DNA of 64,000 bases, from the NCBI GenBank assembly GCA_030390025.1, contig CM059432.1, forward strand, positions 13,952,001-14,016,000, in the 5' to 3' direction. A program made the position numbers and the translations under genes. This document shows positions 50,035-62,859 of this stretch, in pieces. Source of the DNA: Squalus acanthias. Its lineage: Eukaryota. Position 1 is the first letter of the stretch; every line of letters begins with the position of its first letter. A model generated the notes under the pieces. The model had not been told where the DNA came from. It saw only the letters and a program-made list of their open reading frames with translations, and did no database searches.

Positions 50035-50322
50035 ACAGAATCACAGAATCCCCACAGTGCAGATAGAGGCCATATCCCACCCTATCCCCGTAACCCCACG
50101 TATTTAATCCCCCTAACACTAAGGGTCAATTTATCATAGCCAAATCAACCTAACCCGCACATCTTTGGACTGTGGGAGGAAACCGGAGCACCCGGAGGAA
50201 ACCCACGCAGACACGGGGAGAATGTGCAAACTCCACACAGACAGTCACCCGAGGCCGGATTCGAACCCGGGTCCCTGACGCTGTGAGGTAACAGTGCTCA
50301 CCACTATGCCACCGTGCTGCCC
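50035..50322 (-). mobile_element. V-SINE (HE1-like)
   Basis: Minus strand gggcagcacggtggcatagtgg..gggttcgaatcc head; V-domain gtggagtttgcacattctccccgtgtctgcgtgggtttcctccgggtgctccggtttcctcccacagtccaaaga. Confidence 0.88.
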
Positions 50323-51513
50323 AGTTTCAATCATGCATTTCCTTCACCAATTCGCACTCAAAACCAGTGTATATTTGCAGCTGTAAAGCAGGTGCTTCTC
50401 TGCCTGCAGCAGATCTCACGGACATTTATAGATGAAGAAATACCTCGGATGCAGCAAAAACGGCTGTGATCATACCTGCCACTTTAAACTGATACCGCAG
50501 CGTACTATAGTCTGCCGGTCAATGGGAAAACTCCAAATCAAAAGCAGCTCTAATGCTTGGAGCTTCATTTAAATTAAGCCGACACTAGAAACTGCAGTGG
50601 GGTCAGCCTGTTTAAACTCAGGTGCGTGAATTATGTTCCCCCCTAGATGTGCTTCGGATTTTGCCCGAGTGGAAAATGCAATTCACCATCGTTAGCATGA
50701 TATAAAATACACAGAAAAAAAGAAGTCGAGCAAATCCACAGTGGCGTGATCCCAGCAGTTACACCGGGATCACTCTTGCTGTTGAACTCTGTCGCTGATC
50801 CTGTTGGGGTCAGAGGGAGGGCCTTCCAGGTTTGGAGGTACATCTGTGGCGACACCCCCTCCCTATCGCCCCCCCCCCACCGAACACTGTAATGGGCACT
50901 GAGGCACAGGCAGGCGCCCTTTGAATTATACCCAAGCAAGTGCCAGTGCCATTAGGAAGAGAAGAGTAGAGAATTGGAAAAACATAAAATGAATCAGAAT
51001 TGTAGTGATTGATGCTGAATATTACCTCTCAATTGGTATTTTAGAGATTGAGTACAGGAGGGAAATGAATTGATCCACACAATCCTTTTAGGGGCTACAG
51101 ACAGGTGGGAGAATTTGGGGAAAAAGTTAATACATAAACTTGAGCTCATCCAAAACTCTGCTGCCTGAACCCTAACTCGCACTCGAGGATTGGTCACATA
51201 TAATAAACTACATCAGCAAACAAATAAGTTAATAGGATTTAAATATACACTTCGAGAAAAGTCTTACCCTTATGTTCAAATCCCTTTGTGGCCTCGTCCC
51301 TCCCCATCTCTGTGACCTCCTCCAGCCCTACAACCCTCCGAGATCTCTGCGCTCCTCCAATTCTGGCTTCTTGCATATCCCCGATTTTTAATTGCTCCAT
51401 CGTTGCCGGCCGCGCCTTCTGTTGCCGAGGCCCTAAGCTCTGGAATTCCCTCCCTAAACCTCTCCGCCTCTCTATAACTCTCTTTCCTCCTTTAAGATGC
51501 CCCTTAAAACCTA

Positions 51514-51651
51514 ATACAAAAAGAAAATACTGCAGATGCTAGAAATCTGAAATAAAAACAGAAAATGCTGGAGATACTCAGCAGGTCAGGCAGCATCTGT
51601 GAAGAGAGAAACAGAGTTAACGTTTCAGGTCGATGACCTTTCGTCAGAACT
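51514..51651 (-). mobile_element. ~136-bp PLE-derived unit with an 11-bp TSD
   Basis: Flanked by cttaaaaccta at 51503-51513 and 51650-51660. Confidence 0.78.
51615..51651 (-). ncRNA. Minimal type I hammerhead ribozyme motif, intact core
   Basis: Reverse complement: AGTT-CTGACGA-a-AGGTC-atc-GACCT-GAAA-CG-TT-AACT (stem I AGTT/AACT, stem II AGGTC/GACCT, palindromic AACGTT). Confidence 0.75.
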
Positions 51652-51819
51652 TAAAACCTACCTCTTTGACCAAGATTTTGTTCATCTGTCCTAATATCTC
51701 CCGTGAAGCACCTTGGGACGTTTTACTATGCCAAGGGCGCTATATAAATGCAAGTTGTTGTTGTTGTTGTATGTGTTTGGTCGGCCCCACTGTAGTTTAT
51801 ATGTTACTGCTGGCATTAA

Positions 51820-52410
51820 CACATGCATAATCTACATAAAACACTAGTTAGGCCTCAGCTAGAGTACTGTGTGCAGTTCTGGTCACCACATTACAGGAAA
51901 GATGTGATTGCACTAGAGAGGGTACAGAGGAGATTTACAAGGATGTTGCCGGGACTAGAGAATCTTAGCTATGAGGAAAGACTGGATAGGCTGGGTCTGT
52001 TTTCCTTGGAACAGAGGAGGCTGAGGGGAGACCTTATTGAGGTGTATAAAATTATGAGGGGCATAGATAAAGTGGATAGAAAGGACCTATTTCCCATAGC
52101 AGAGGGGTCAAAAACCAGGGGGCACAGATTTAAAGTAATTGGGGGAAGGTTTAGAGGGGATTTGAGGGGAATTTTCTTCACCCAGAGGGTTGTGGGGGTC
52201 TGGAACTCACTGCCTGAAAGGGTGGTAGAGGCGGGAACCCTAACCACATTTAAAAAGTACTTGGATGTGCACTTGGGATGCTCTAACCTGCAGGGCTACG
52301 GACCAAGAGCTGGGAAGTGGGATTAGGCTGGATAGCTCTTTGTTGGCCGGCGCGGACACGATGGGCCAAAATGGCCTCCTTCCGTGCTGTAACTTTCTAT
52401 GATTCTATGA
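51820..52410 (+). mobile_element. CR1 3' fragment
   Basis: ORF 51823-52326 LVRPQLEYCVQFWSP...; (ttctatga)n tail. Confidence 0.9.
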
Positions 52411-53301
52411 AATAAAAACCAGTTACAATTTTATTTAATTCACTCTTCATGTTCTTTGAGGAACTGGGGGTGGGGAGAATACATAAAACAGTAGTCTTTA
52501 TTTCCCCGCATCACAGTACTGTGACTGAATTACCATTTCATTAATAAAATAACTAATTGTCATAATTAATGGGAGCTGTGTGCGAGGGAGCAATTTTATC
52601 AAGTGCAAGAACGTAAGAAAAGGACATTTGATTGATCAAACTCAAGCCTTTAATATTTCAGCTCACTGTATTTTGAACATTCCCATCATCTTTGATTCTG
52701 CTACCTCAACTTGGTAGATTATTCCAAATGTTTATCAACCTTTGAGTAAATACATTTTCCTCTGGTCTGTTTTAAATTTACCTTTAAATAGTATAATGTT
52801 GTCTGGTTCTACCAGCCTGCTTACCTTGAAGTGACTGTCTGGGTTTCATACCTCAGTGAGGCCTTGCTTAATCCCCTCTATAATGTGGAGTTTAAACTTC
52901 TCTAACCTTTGCTCATAGCTCGTCCCTGTTACACTTGAAAACACTCGTATTTCTTCTCTCTGCACCCTCTCCAGTGCATTTGCATCCAGTTTTGCCAATA
53001 AAATATTTCTTGTGGAATTAAAGGATGGTCTGGTGTTGTAGTAGTAAGCCTGCCATCGCTAGGCCCAAACCAGAATATTGATTTTGCAAACAGTATTTTG
53101 TATATGTAATAACTGCTCTTTAAAGTGATAACTGCTTTACTTTACAAACTAGTCTTTTAATATGCATAATCTCTTCTGATAAATGGAAATTCATATCTTA
53201 TTAGGCATTGTCTTAAAAAATATTAATTGTGAATAAAATTTGCTTGTGAATATTTATGTTTTCCCACTTAATTTCCTCTACTTCTCTCCTTAAGGAGACA
53301 A

Positions 53302-55057
53302 AGTCTGACATTTTCTGGGGGGTCAGCGGGCGGGATCTGGTGGCGGGTTGGGTGGGAAAGTGGTTTTTTTTGACAGCGGGTCGGGACCCCACTGTCAACC
53401 CGCCGCAACGCGCCTTTCCCAATGTCGGGTCTGTCAGCGCTGAGCAGACTCAACAGGCAGCAGGCGGGCGACCCAATTAAACTCATTATAATGTACTTAC
53501 CAGACCTGTAACAGGCTTTTTTACCTTACTTTTTAACTTTAACTTCATGGCCACGGGAACCACGCTGTTCGGTGACCACGACTGTCAACCTGAGGCAGGA
53601 GTTCAGTGGCCATTGCTCCAGCTGATTACTTGACAGCTTCAAATGTACAGTAAAAGTTCCCACCTGACAGATCATCACTTTCCTCAGCCACAAGCTGTTC
53701 CTCACTGCATTTCCACAATAGATTCACCATGCTGCAAGTCTTTCCACAAGTCTCCATCCAGTCTCACCTCTCTCACCATTGACAGATCGCTTCTGTCATC
53801 TGTACTTCACCTGCCATCTATTACATCAGCATGGGTGCCCTTTATACTGTCTCACCCTGGTCCTCAGAATCTGACCACGATGAGCCCCAACACCAGCAGC
53901 ACCAGGCACACCAGCAGCACCAACAACAACACCAACCTTCTCCGACATCACCTGATACTGCACAGGACACAGGGCATCAGCACCCGACCACATTGCTGCC
54001 CGGGAGGCCAGGGATGGCCTCACCATGGCCAGATTTACTTCACTTGATGCTGTACACCCTGGCTGCCACATGATGCGCCAGGTTGGCACCACCCCACACC
54101 AACACCATAAAGCATCCCTACAATGCCCAAGCCATTCCTTTCACACTCACCATCATTGTGGGGGGTACCGTTATGTCTCACCATTCACTGCAACTCACTA
54201 AGCCACTTCCAAAGGTGCACACAAATCTGTCCAAGTGTTGAAATAAAGATTTTAATATTTGACAGCACATTAATGGAAACTTTACATAAACATTGGATAA
54301 AACACCCAAGTACCTACCCTTTTGTGTTGTTAGTTGGTATGATTGCACTAGGATGAGGGTGAGTGTGAGGGGTGGCTATTGAGATGGGGATGTGATAATG
54401 TAGATAGAGAGGGATGGGTGGAGGTACAAGGTAAGTTGGTGTGAGTAAGGATGTGCAGGAGTAGGGTAGGGAAGGCAGAGTGATGGAGATGTGATGAGAG
54501 GCACAGCAGGATGAGGTTGAGTGTGGCTTTGTACTAACGTTTCGTGATCTACTGAGATCATTGAAATGTTTGCAGCACTGCACCCAGGTCCTCCTGACCA
54601 CATCCCTGCTTGTGCCCTCCTGTGCAATCTGCAACCAGACTGCGTTGGTCTCCTGGGGAGGTCTCTTCCGCCCATGGGAAGAGAAGAGAACCTCCCTCCG
54701 TGCTGTGACTCCTTCCATAAGCATATGGAGGGAGTAATGGGAGAACCTGGGTGCAGCCCTGCTCCTCTGTGCAGTGCTTGTCAGTGTTTGCAGCACCTCA
54801 ATGCTGTAGAACACTGACAGCACAAATGTCAAAAGAAAGTTGGCCATGGTCCCTTTAAGGAAACTGGCTGATGACACATCATAAATGACGTCACCAGACC
54901 CGCTTCCTCTAATTGGCCGGGAAACGCGCTGGGCGGGCTTAACAAGCCCCAATAACGTAAATTCATTTTAGGCAGCGGGATGGAGCCAGCAGCAGGGTCG
55001 CGACCCGCCACCGACATCGTCCGCACCGGACCCGCCGAGGTAAGGAAAATCCCGACC
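53302..55057. mobile_element. PIF/Harbinger internal-deletion derivative retaining the Myb/SANT-like gene fragment
   Basis: Degenerate TIRs (agtctgacattttc / gaaaatcccgacc); minus-strand Myb-like ORF; shares sequence with the element at 11348-12090. Confidence 0.72.
54535..54765 (-). pseudogene. Harbinger Myb/SANT-like (trihelix) DNA-binding domain fragment
   Basis: RAAPRFS..L.ML.EGV.ARREVLF...W.QIA.......RRTWVQC.K.FNDL pattern within ORF 54314-54952. Confidence 0.75.
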
Positions 55058-55129
55058 ACAGTCATCTTGGGAGCTGGGGGGAGGGTCACAAGACCCAGCC
55101 TAAGATTGTCCCCACCCAATGGTCACATT

Positions 55130-55396
55130 GGCCCCGATTTTAACTCCCGGTGGATTCCCCTGCTCAGTCCTGAGTTAAAATTACAGTTGGGTCTCAATGA
55201 TGTCATTGGGCCGCAACATGCATATGTATAGAAGGATCCTGTTGGCTCCGGGCGCGTGTCCTTACTGCCTGCTCAGGAGAGCGGGTTAAAATTGCAGATG
55301 TTGCGAACATGGCGGATTTCGGACAGGTGAGAGTCAGGCCGATTTTAACCGCCCACCCGCCAGGTTTCTGCTGAGCGAGTAGGGTTAAAATCACCC
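55130..55396. mobile_element. Short MITE-like element
   Basis: Terminal gattttaac / gttaaaatc inverted motifs, repeated internally. Confidence 0.5.
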
Positions 55397-56680
55397 TCTC
55401 CACCACTGGATAGCAAGTTGTGCAGAACCTGCTCCCACCCCATTGGATCACTGAAACCATTGTTCCTGGCTGAGATCAGCTGACTCAATATAGACCAAGC
55501 ACGATGGGCCGAATGGCCTCCTTCTGCACTGTATGATTCTAGGAAACCAAGAATCAAAAAGGGACTGCCAGTACCACGCGATGTCGTGAATTTATCAACT
55601 GAGCAACCAGGGAGTTACCTTAATATTTGTGGTGAAATAAACCATTAGCACCGATTAACCATTAATCGTTTTCATTTTTATGCATGAAGCTTTGCAGCTA
55701 CTGATACTTAAAAAGCGGCACTGTTTAACTCATTTCAATGAAATATATGTTAGAAAGTCAGCTTGATGTCAAGATGAAGACTATTATTGACACCAGTGGT
55801 GTTAGTTCCTGTTCCTCCTTAAATTCTTACTGATTGACGTATTTCTCTGAAAGAAAGAATTGATGGATATGGTGAGAAGATGGGTCGGTGGAGTTAATAC
55901 ATCAAGGGACAGCTTGTTGGGCATAATGACATTTTCCTCTTTCTAAATAATTTCAATGCATCAATGTATCATTTCCACTATCCCTGTAATAGCAAGCAAC
56001 AGAACTAAGACAAGAAGAGATTTCTCTTCCCGGGTCTCGTGACTGATAACGTTGTGTATTAAATCCTTGAGACAAAAATTATCAGTAACAGTCTGTCATC
56101 CTACTCATATTCCCACACTTTGAAAGCCCTCGGGCGGGGAGTTTCATATCGAAGAAGTTAATTCGGTTTAAATAAACAAGCTGGTGCTCTCGGTGAAGTA
56201 GTGGAACAAGGCATTTTCACGAGTGCGTTAATGCACTTGTTATTAATATCACACAGAGTGACTTCAGCCCCATTGAGACCAATTCTAGTGCTGCCTCAGC
56301 TCACTCAGCACAAATGTTCCTTGTCTATGTGGCTCAGAACCAACCACACGGTGCCTTTGACCCACCAAACCCTCTGGGCAGGGCTCCGAGTTAGAGATTT
56401 AAGTAAATAAAGGTGCTTCAAAAAGTAATCCTATATTGTGGTTGTGTTTAGTTAGCGGCTTATAATTAATACTACTAAAAAAATAATCAGTTTCGATATT
56501 TTGGAAATCGGGAATTTGTAAACTAAATGACATTTCCTCCAGTGTGATTTTATATTTTTTTCCTTCCTGTTCTTGGCTACTGTTTCCCCTCCAACCGTGA
56601 GCGCTGGTGAACCTTTCGACATCAATGCGCAGACATAGTAAGTTATTAGCTCTAAAATCTCCTGCTCCAGCATTTGTTTA

Positions 56681-57181
56681 GGGGTACGGTAGCAAGGTGG
56701 TTATGTTACTAGACTAGTAATCCAGTAGGCCTTGGGCTAATGATCTGGAGACAGTGAGTTCAAATCCCACCATGGCAGCTGGGGAATTTAAATTCAGTTA
56801 ATTAAATAAATCTGGAATTTAAAAGCTAGTATCAGTAATGATGACCATGAAACTACTGGATTGTCAGGAAAAACCCATCTGGTTCACTAATGTCCTTTAG
56901 GGAAGGAGATCTGCTGTCCTTACCCGGTCTGGCCTATATCTGACTCCAGACCCACAGCAATGTGGTTGACTCTTAGTTGCCCTCTGAACTGGCCCAGCAA
57001 GCCACTCCGTTGTACTTAAACCACTACAACAAAGTCAGCACTGTGGGAGCACCTTCACCACACGGACTGCAGCAGGTCAAGTAGATGGCTCACCACCACC
57101 TTCTCAAGGGCAATTTGGGATGGACAATAAATGCCGGCCTTGCCAGCGACACCCACAATCCCGTGAACAAATAAAAAAAAA
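56681..57181 (+). mobile_element. tRNA-headed shark SINE with LINE-derived tail
   Basis: gagttcaaatcccacca B-box-like motif; same family as 62378-62859 and 39091-39542. Confidence 0.78.
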
Positions 57182-58679
57182 TTGCCATGCCAGACTCCTG
57201 CTATTTGACAGGGTGATGTTTATCTCCCAGAACAATGGGTCCACTTCACTATAAGTTGGTCCTGAACAAGTACAAGTACAAATAGACTCGGGGTGAGTGA
57301 ACCATCAGTTAATAACTGGATTTGCTTCCACAGTAAATGTAATCTCATCTGCTATTAAAACTAATTGGACCGCAACAAGACAATTTTACTGAGAAGCAGA
57401 CTTACAAGGTATTAATAGGAGCTTTATTTCCTGGTTTTCTGTTATGAAATAATGGGCCATCAATCACGTCGAATGATGTATTAAAACCATTCAAGTAAAT
57501 GATGTGCATGTCTCATATTAATTATCATTCCTACTTTATCATTTCTTGTTCTGCTTTGTATTCTCGCCTTATTAGGGAGTTTCAAGGCAGACTGCACTGA
57601 GTGATATGATTCTATAATCGCAGCATATGAACCTACGATAAAGGACAGGTAAAGAACAGCTGGTCCATCAAGCCTGTCCTGGACTGTCATGGTGTAACCT
57701 TTGCACTCCATCACTCCCCATTCAACCCCCTTCTCCCCGCGCACCCCCCCGCCACCCCCCATCAAACCCCCCACCCACCAGCCACGCAAACACCTGGGGA
57801 GGTGGAAAAACCTCAGGCAAATTTAGGAACAAACTCAGAAACTCCTTTCCAACCCCCAAAGGCAGTCATATAGCTCCAGGAGACCACGGTGACAGGGTGA
57901 CACATCCCCCAGTGACTCACCTACCTTCTCTTTGCAGTTATGTTGGGCACGCTCAGGAATTCGTCTGGCTCAATGCTCAATGCACGAGCCGTCAACCTGA
58001 TCCAGAGGTCAATGACTCTGTGAAAGGAACTACCTCCTAACATCTAACATTTGTACTTAAGCCCCCAGTTCTCTCTAACCTATCCGGCTCGAATAGCCTA
58101 TCCACATGGACTGAATCAAATCTAATCATTATTTTCTAATACCTCGTAGAAATCTCCTTAAAGAGTCAAAAGCCTCGGCCCTCTAAACCTATTGTGATAA
58201 CTTATGGCCTTTAAACTGGGCACCAGTCTAGTGAGCCTCTGAGCCTTTTCCAGGGCCTCTTTAACATCCACCTTGAGAGGAGACGAAAACTGGATACAAT
58301 AAGGTTGATGAGCCCTGGCCAAGGTTTATACAGAGACAGCATTTCTTGTTTTATATTTAATTGTCCTGGCAATACACACTGTTTTACTAATTACTATTAA
58401 AACAGGCTAAAGAGTTACAACTGCTCTATGCAATATTAGTAACAAAAGCATTGATGCATTCATATGAAAGTTTTGTATTGCTCGGATGAAGGCATTAACC
58501 CATTTTATTTTAAACAGATTGATTTATTTGTGAAAATAGTGTGCAGAGGAATTTCATATGAATGCGCTAACTCGCTCATTACCAACATTTTACTGCACAA
58601 ACTCAGTCTCTCCAAGATGCTGTAAATCAGTGATGTCCCAGTGTGTGATGTGTGCGCCTGAGCTTCGGCAATTACATAA

Positions 58680-59110
58680 AATTACATCGAATAAACAGCA
58701 CAGAAACAGCCCAACTGGTCCATGCCGGTGTTTATGCTCCACACAAGCCTCCTCCCACCTCTCTTCATCTCACCCTATCAGCATAACCTTCTATTCCTTT
58801 CTCCATCATGTGCTTATCTAGCTTCCCCTTAACTGCATCTATGCTATTCGCCTCAACTACTCCTTGTGGTAGCGAGTTCCACATTCTCACCACTCTCTGG
58901 GTAAAAACGTTACTCCTGAATTCCCTATTGGATTTATTAGTGACTATCTTATACTTATGGCCCCTAGTTTTGGTTTCCCCCACAAATGGAAACATTTTCT
59001 CTATGTCTACCCTAACAAACCTCTTAAAGACCTCTATCAGGTCACCCCTCAGTCTTCTCTTTTCTAGAGAAAAGAACCCCAGGCTGTTCAACCAATCTTG
59101 ATATGTATAC
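58680..59110 (-). mobile_element. CR1 3' fragment
   Basis: ORF 58765-59091. Confidence 0.85.
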
Positions 59111-59237
59111 CCTTATGGAGAAGATGAATTTTAAGGCCGAAGACATTGTACTGTAAGGATAGGCACATATAGATTATTAACTGAACAAGCTAGTTGGATA
59201 ATATTGGGCTAAAAGGGTTGTTAGGTTAAAACACATA

Positions 59238-59897
59238 GTGGTGAATTTTAGCACAAAAACAGGTACGTTGGGGTCGGATCAGATGTTAAAATTTTTAAAA
59301 TCTGAAATCTGACCCGAATCCGCCTCCAGCCCGCCCACTTCCGGGTTTTACGGAGGCGAGACAAGGGGTGGGCAGCCAACCCGCTCCCAGGAGGCAGCTG
59401 GCAATTTAAATATTTGAATGAAGCTGGCATCCTCTGAGTGAACCTGCTGTGCAGGTTTTACAGTGGGCGGCCGGGTTTCCCAGGCCTCGGGAAATCCGAC
59501 AGCTGAAGTGAGGCGAGGACAGCTTTGGGGAGAAGGTAAGGGCCTTCACAGCACAGCTTGTGGGCCAGGAGGAGCAGGAGTGCTCCCCCTCCCCCAGCCC
59601 AGCCGACCCCCCAAGCTCCCCCCCATCAAATCCAGCGACAATACATAGGCTCCCGGGGTCAGGGATCGGACCCCTAGCGGAATCGGACACACCCCCACCC
59701 CGGGTCGTGGATCGGACCTACCTGGTCCTCCGGCCTGCTCTGGAGCGCTCCCCACCCGACTGGAAGCCGAGCCTGTCGTTCAGGCTGACTTCTGGACAGA
59801 GAACCCATCAAGTACAATAGACGCACGCTGCGGGGGTTTCCCATCCAAAACTCCGGGCCCCCGCCTACATTACCCCCCTCTGTTAATATTCAGGCCA
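59238..59897. mobile_element. GC-rich MITE-like element
   Basis: Imperfect inverted ends (tgaattttagca / tgttaatattca); internal similarity to other GC-rich MITE-like pieces (4450-4760, 33895-34340). Confidence 0.5.
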
Positions 59898-60638
59898 TAG
59901 CTTTTAAAACATAGGCTTTTGATCACAGCAGCAGTAAGAACCCCTGAGCCTTCTCTTTCTAGAGAAAAGAGCCCCAGCCTGTTCAATCTTTCCTGATAGC
60001 GATACTCTCTCAGTTCTGGTATTAATCTTGTAAATCTTTTTTGCACCTTCTCCAGCCCTCAAAGCCCAGGCGACTCAGTCCCTTTCTGTGCTTATATGTC
60101 GTATATCTTGGTTTGTCCTGTTTAAATTTTTCAGGCCTGAAAGTTTTGGGAAGGGCTGTTTCTTTTTGGCTCTGTTGCCTCAGAACAGCGAGTATCAGCA
60201 ACTTAAGATACATGCAAATCAATGCATCATCAATTATCATTTGTGGGGCTGAGATTCTGTGGCGATTCCGGTGAGGAGATTGGTGGAAGCCCCAGGGAAA
60301 TGGACCAGAGTCCATGGAACCCCCCCCCCCCCCGCAGATTTTCAGCCCCTATATATGGACACGAGGCTTCTTGGCATTCACCCATGCAGCACACAAAGGT
60401 TATGAGAGGCACTAAATATGTGGAAGTGCACCCTTCCTTCCATTAATTCCACTGCCCCTCTTGGTTTAGCATCATCTGCAAAATTGACCATTTTGCATTG
60501 AGTTTTTTAATCCAAGTTATTGATGTAAATTAGAACCAGTAGTGGGGTCCAATCTGAGCCCTGGGGCACCCTACACAGTATTTCTTCCCACCCTGACATT
60601 ACCCCTCCATCCATTACCTGTTGTTTGCTACTCTTTCA

Positions 60639-61102
60639 GTGTCAGCTGTGACTCAGTGGTAGCACACTTGCCCTCTGAGTCAGAAGGTTGTGGGTCCAAG
60701 TCCCACTCCAGAGACTTGAGCACACAAATCTGGGCTGACACTCCAGTGCAGTGCTGAGGGAGTGCTGCACTGTCGGAGGTGCCACCTTTCGGGTGAGATG
60801 TTAAACCGAGGCCCCGTCTGCTCTCTCAGGTGGATGTAAAAGATCCCACGGCACTATTTCGAAGAAGAGCAGGGAGTTATCCCTGGTGTCGTGGCCAATA
60901 TTTCTCCCTCAATCAACATAACAAAGACAGATTATCTGGTCGTTATCACATTGCTGTTTGTGGGAGCTTGCTGTGTGCAAATTGGCTGCTGCATTTCCCA
61001 CATTACAACAGTGACTACACTTCAAAAGTACTTCATTGGCTGTAAAGCGCTTTGAGACGTCCGGTGGTCGTGAAAGGCGCTATAGAAATGCAAGTCTTTC
61101 TT
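60639..61102 (+). mobile_element. Deu-domain SINE inserted in a degenerate minus-strand CR1 (about 60420-61680)
   Basis: Full family copy; flanks carry FADD, SQ and DKTD.GN.RPISL remnants. Confidence 0.85.
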
Positions 61103-62377
61103 TTCAGCCAATTCCTTATCCATACCTAAATTTTGCCCTGAATGTCCACAGCTTTGCGTTTAATTAGTAACCTTTCTTGTGAATCTTCAGCAAATGCCTT
61201 TTGGAACTCTAAGTACACAATGTTGTAAGGTTTAGCACAGTCAACATGGGTTGTCACTTCCTCAAAGAAATCGAGGAGGTTGGTCAGGCAGGTTCATCCT
61301 TATTTAAAGCCATGTTGCCTGCTGTTTACATGGTATTGTTGTATAGATCATCCTTATGTTTACTCCTGATAATCAAATCCATTACTTTACGTGGAATATA
61401 AGACTAATGGGTCTGTCGTTGCCTGTGTCTGTTTTGTCACCTTTATTGAATATGGGTACCACATTATCCTGTTTCCAATCTATTGATACCGCCCCAGTGT
61501 CTATTGCCTCCCTCATAATGATTGTCAATGCCCCACAAATCTCCTTGCTAGTCTCTCTCAACACTCTGAGATAAATACCATCTAACTCTGGGATTTATTT
61601 AAGATTAAGTCCTTTCAGTATGTCTCGGACTTATAACCTTATTTAAATCAAATTCCTGAATTTTGCGTTGGCACTCTTTTTTATGTTGTTCATGTCTCCT
61701 ATGAATACTTGGAAAAAGTAATTGGTCAGAATCTTTACTATTTTGTGCTCATTCTCAGTTTCAAGCCCATTTGCATCTTCAATGTTGTCAATCATAGAAT
61801 GTTACATTACAGAAGGAGTCCATTCAGCCCATCGTGCCTGTGCCGGCTCTTTGGCAGAGCTATTCAATTAATTCCATTTCCCTGCTCTTTCCCCATAGCC
61901 CTGTAAATTGTTTCCCTTCGAGTATTTAAGCAATTCTCTTTTACTTATATTACTATTGAAACTGCTTCCGCCACCCTTTCAGGCAGTGAATTCCAGATCA
62001 CAACAACTCGCTGTGTAAAAAAATGTTTCCTCATGTCGCCTCTGGTTCTTTTGCCAATCACCTTGTCATCTCTTCTCTGACAGCCTGCTTGCTATTATAG
62101 CTCCGAAAGGATGTTTTATTGTTATGTTTTGCCTCTGCTATGTTTTATATAGGTCTCTCTTTGCCTCTCTGGTCACCTTTTTAATTTGTATTTGCGTGAT
62201 CTTATAGTCATTCCAGTAAGCCCCTTCTCCTTTCTCTCTACAGGATTTGTGGATGTCTTTTTTTACTCTTTATTTCACTTTTAATTTGTTTCTTAATCCA
62301 CATAAGGTTGCCCTTGTTTAGTCTGAGCTTGCTGATCTTCGGTATGTTCTCGTCTTGCATATCTAACCTTATTCCAG

Positions 62378-62859
62378 TTATGTCACTGGACTGGTAATCC
62401 AGAGACCTGGATTAATAATCCAGAGACGTGAATTCAAATCCCACCATGGTAGCTGGGGGATTTAAATTCAATTAAATAAATCTGGAATTAAAAAGCTGGT
62501 ATCAGGAATGGTGACCATGAAACCACTGGATTGTCGTTAAAAACCCATCTGGTTCACTAATGTCCTTTAGGGAAGGAAATCTGCTGTCCTTACCCGGTCT
62601 GGCCTATGTGTGACTATATGTGACTCCAGACCCACAGCAATGTGGTTGACTCTGAACTGTCCTCTGAAATGGCCCAGCAAGTCACTCAGTTATACCAAAT
62701 CGCTACAACAAAGTCAGCACTGTGGGAGTAACTTCACCACACGGACTGCAGCGGTTCAAGAAGGCGGCTCACCACCACCTTCTCAAGGGCAATTAGGGAT
62801 GGGCAATAAATGCCGGCCTTACCAGCGACGCCCGAATCCCGTGAATGAATTAAAAAAAA
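62378..62859 (+). mobile_element. tRNA-headed shark SINE with LINE-derived tail
   Basis: Near match to 56681-57181. Confidence 0.78.

Larger units (their letters stand above)
51138..51770 (+). mobile_element. L2 LINE 3' end interrupted by a PLE mini-unit
   Basis: atccaaaactctgctgc, ctctggaattccctccc, cttaaaacctacctctt, gcgctatataaatgcaag(ttg)n. Confidence 0.75.
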
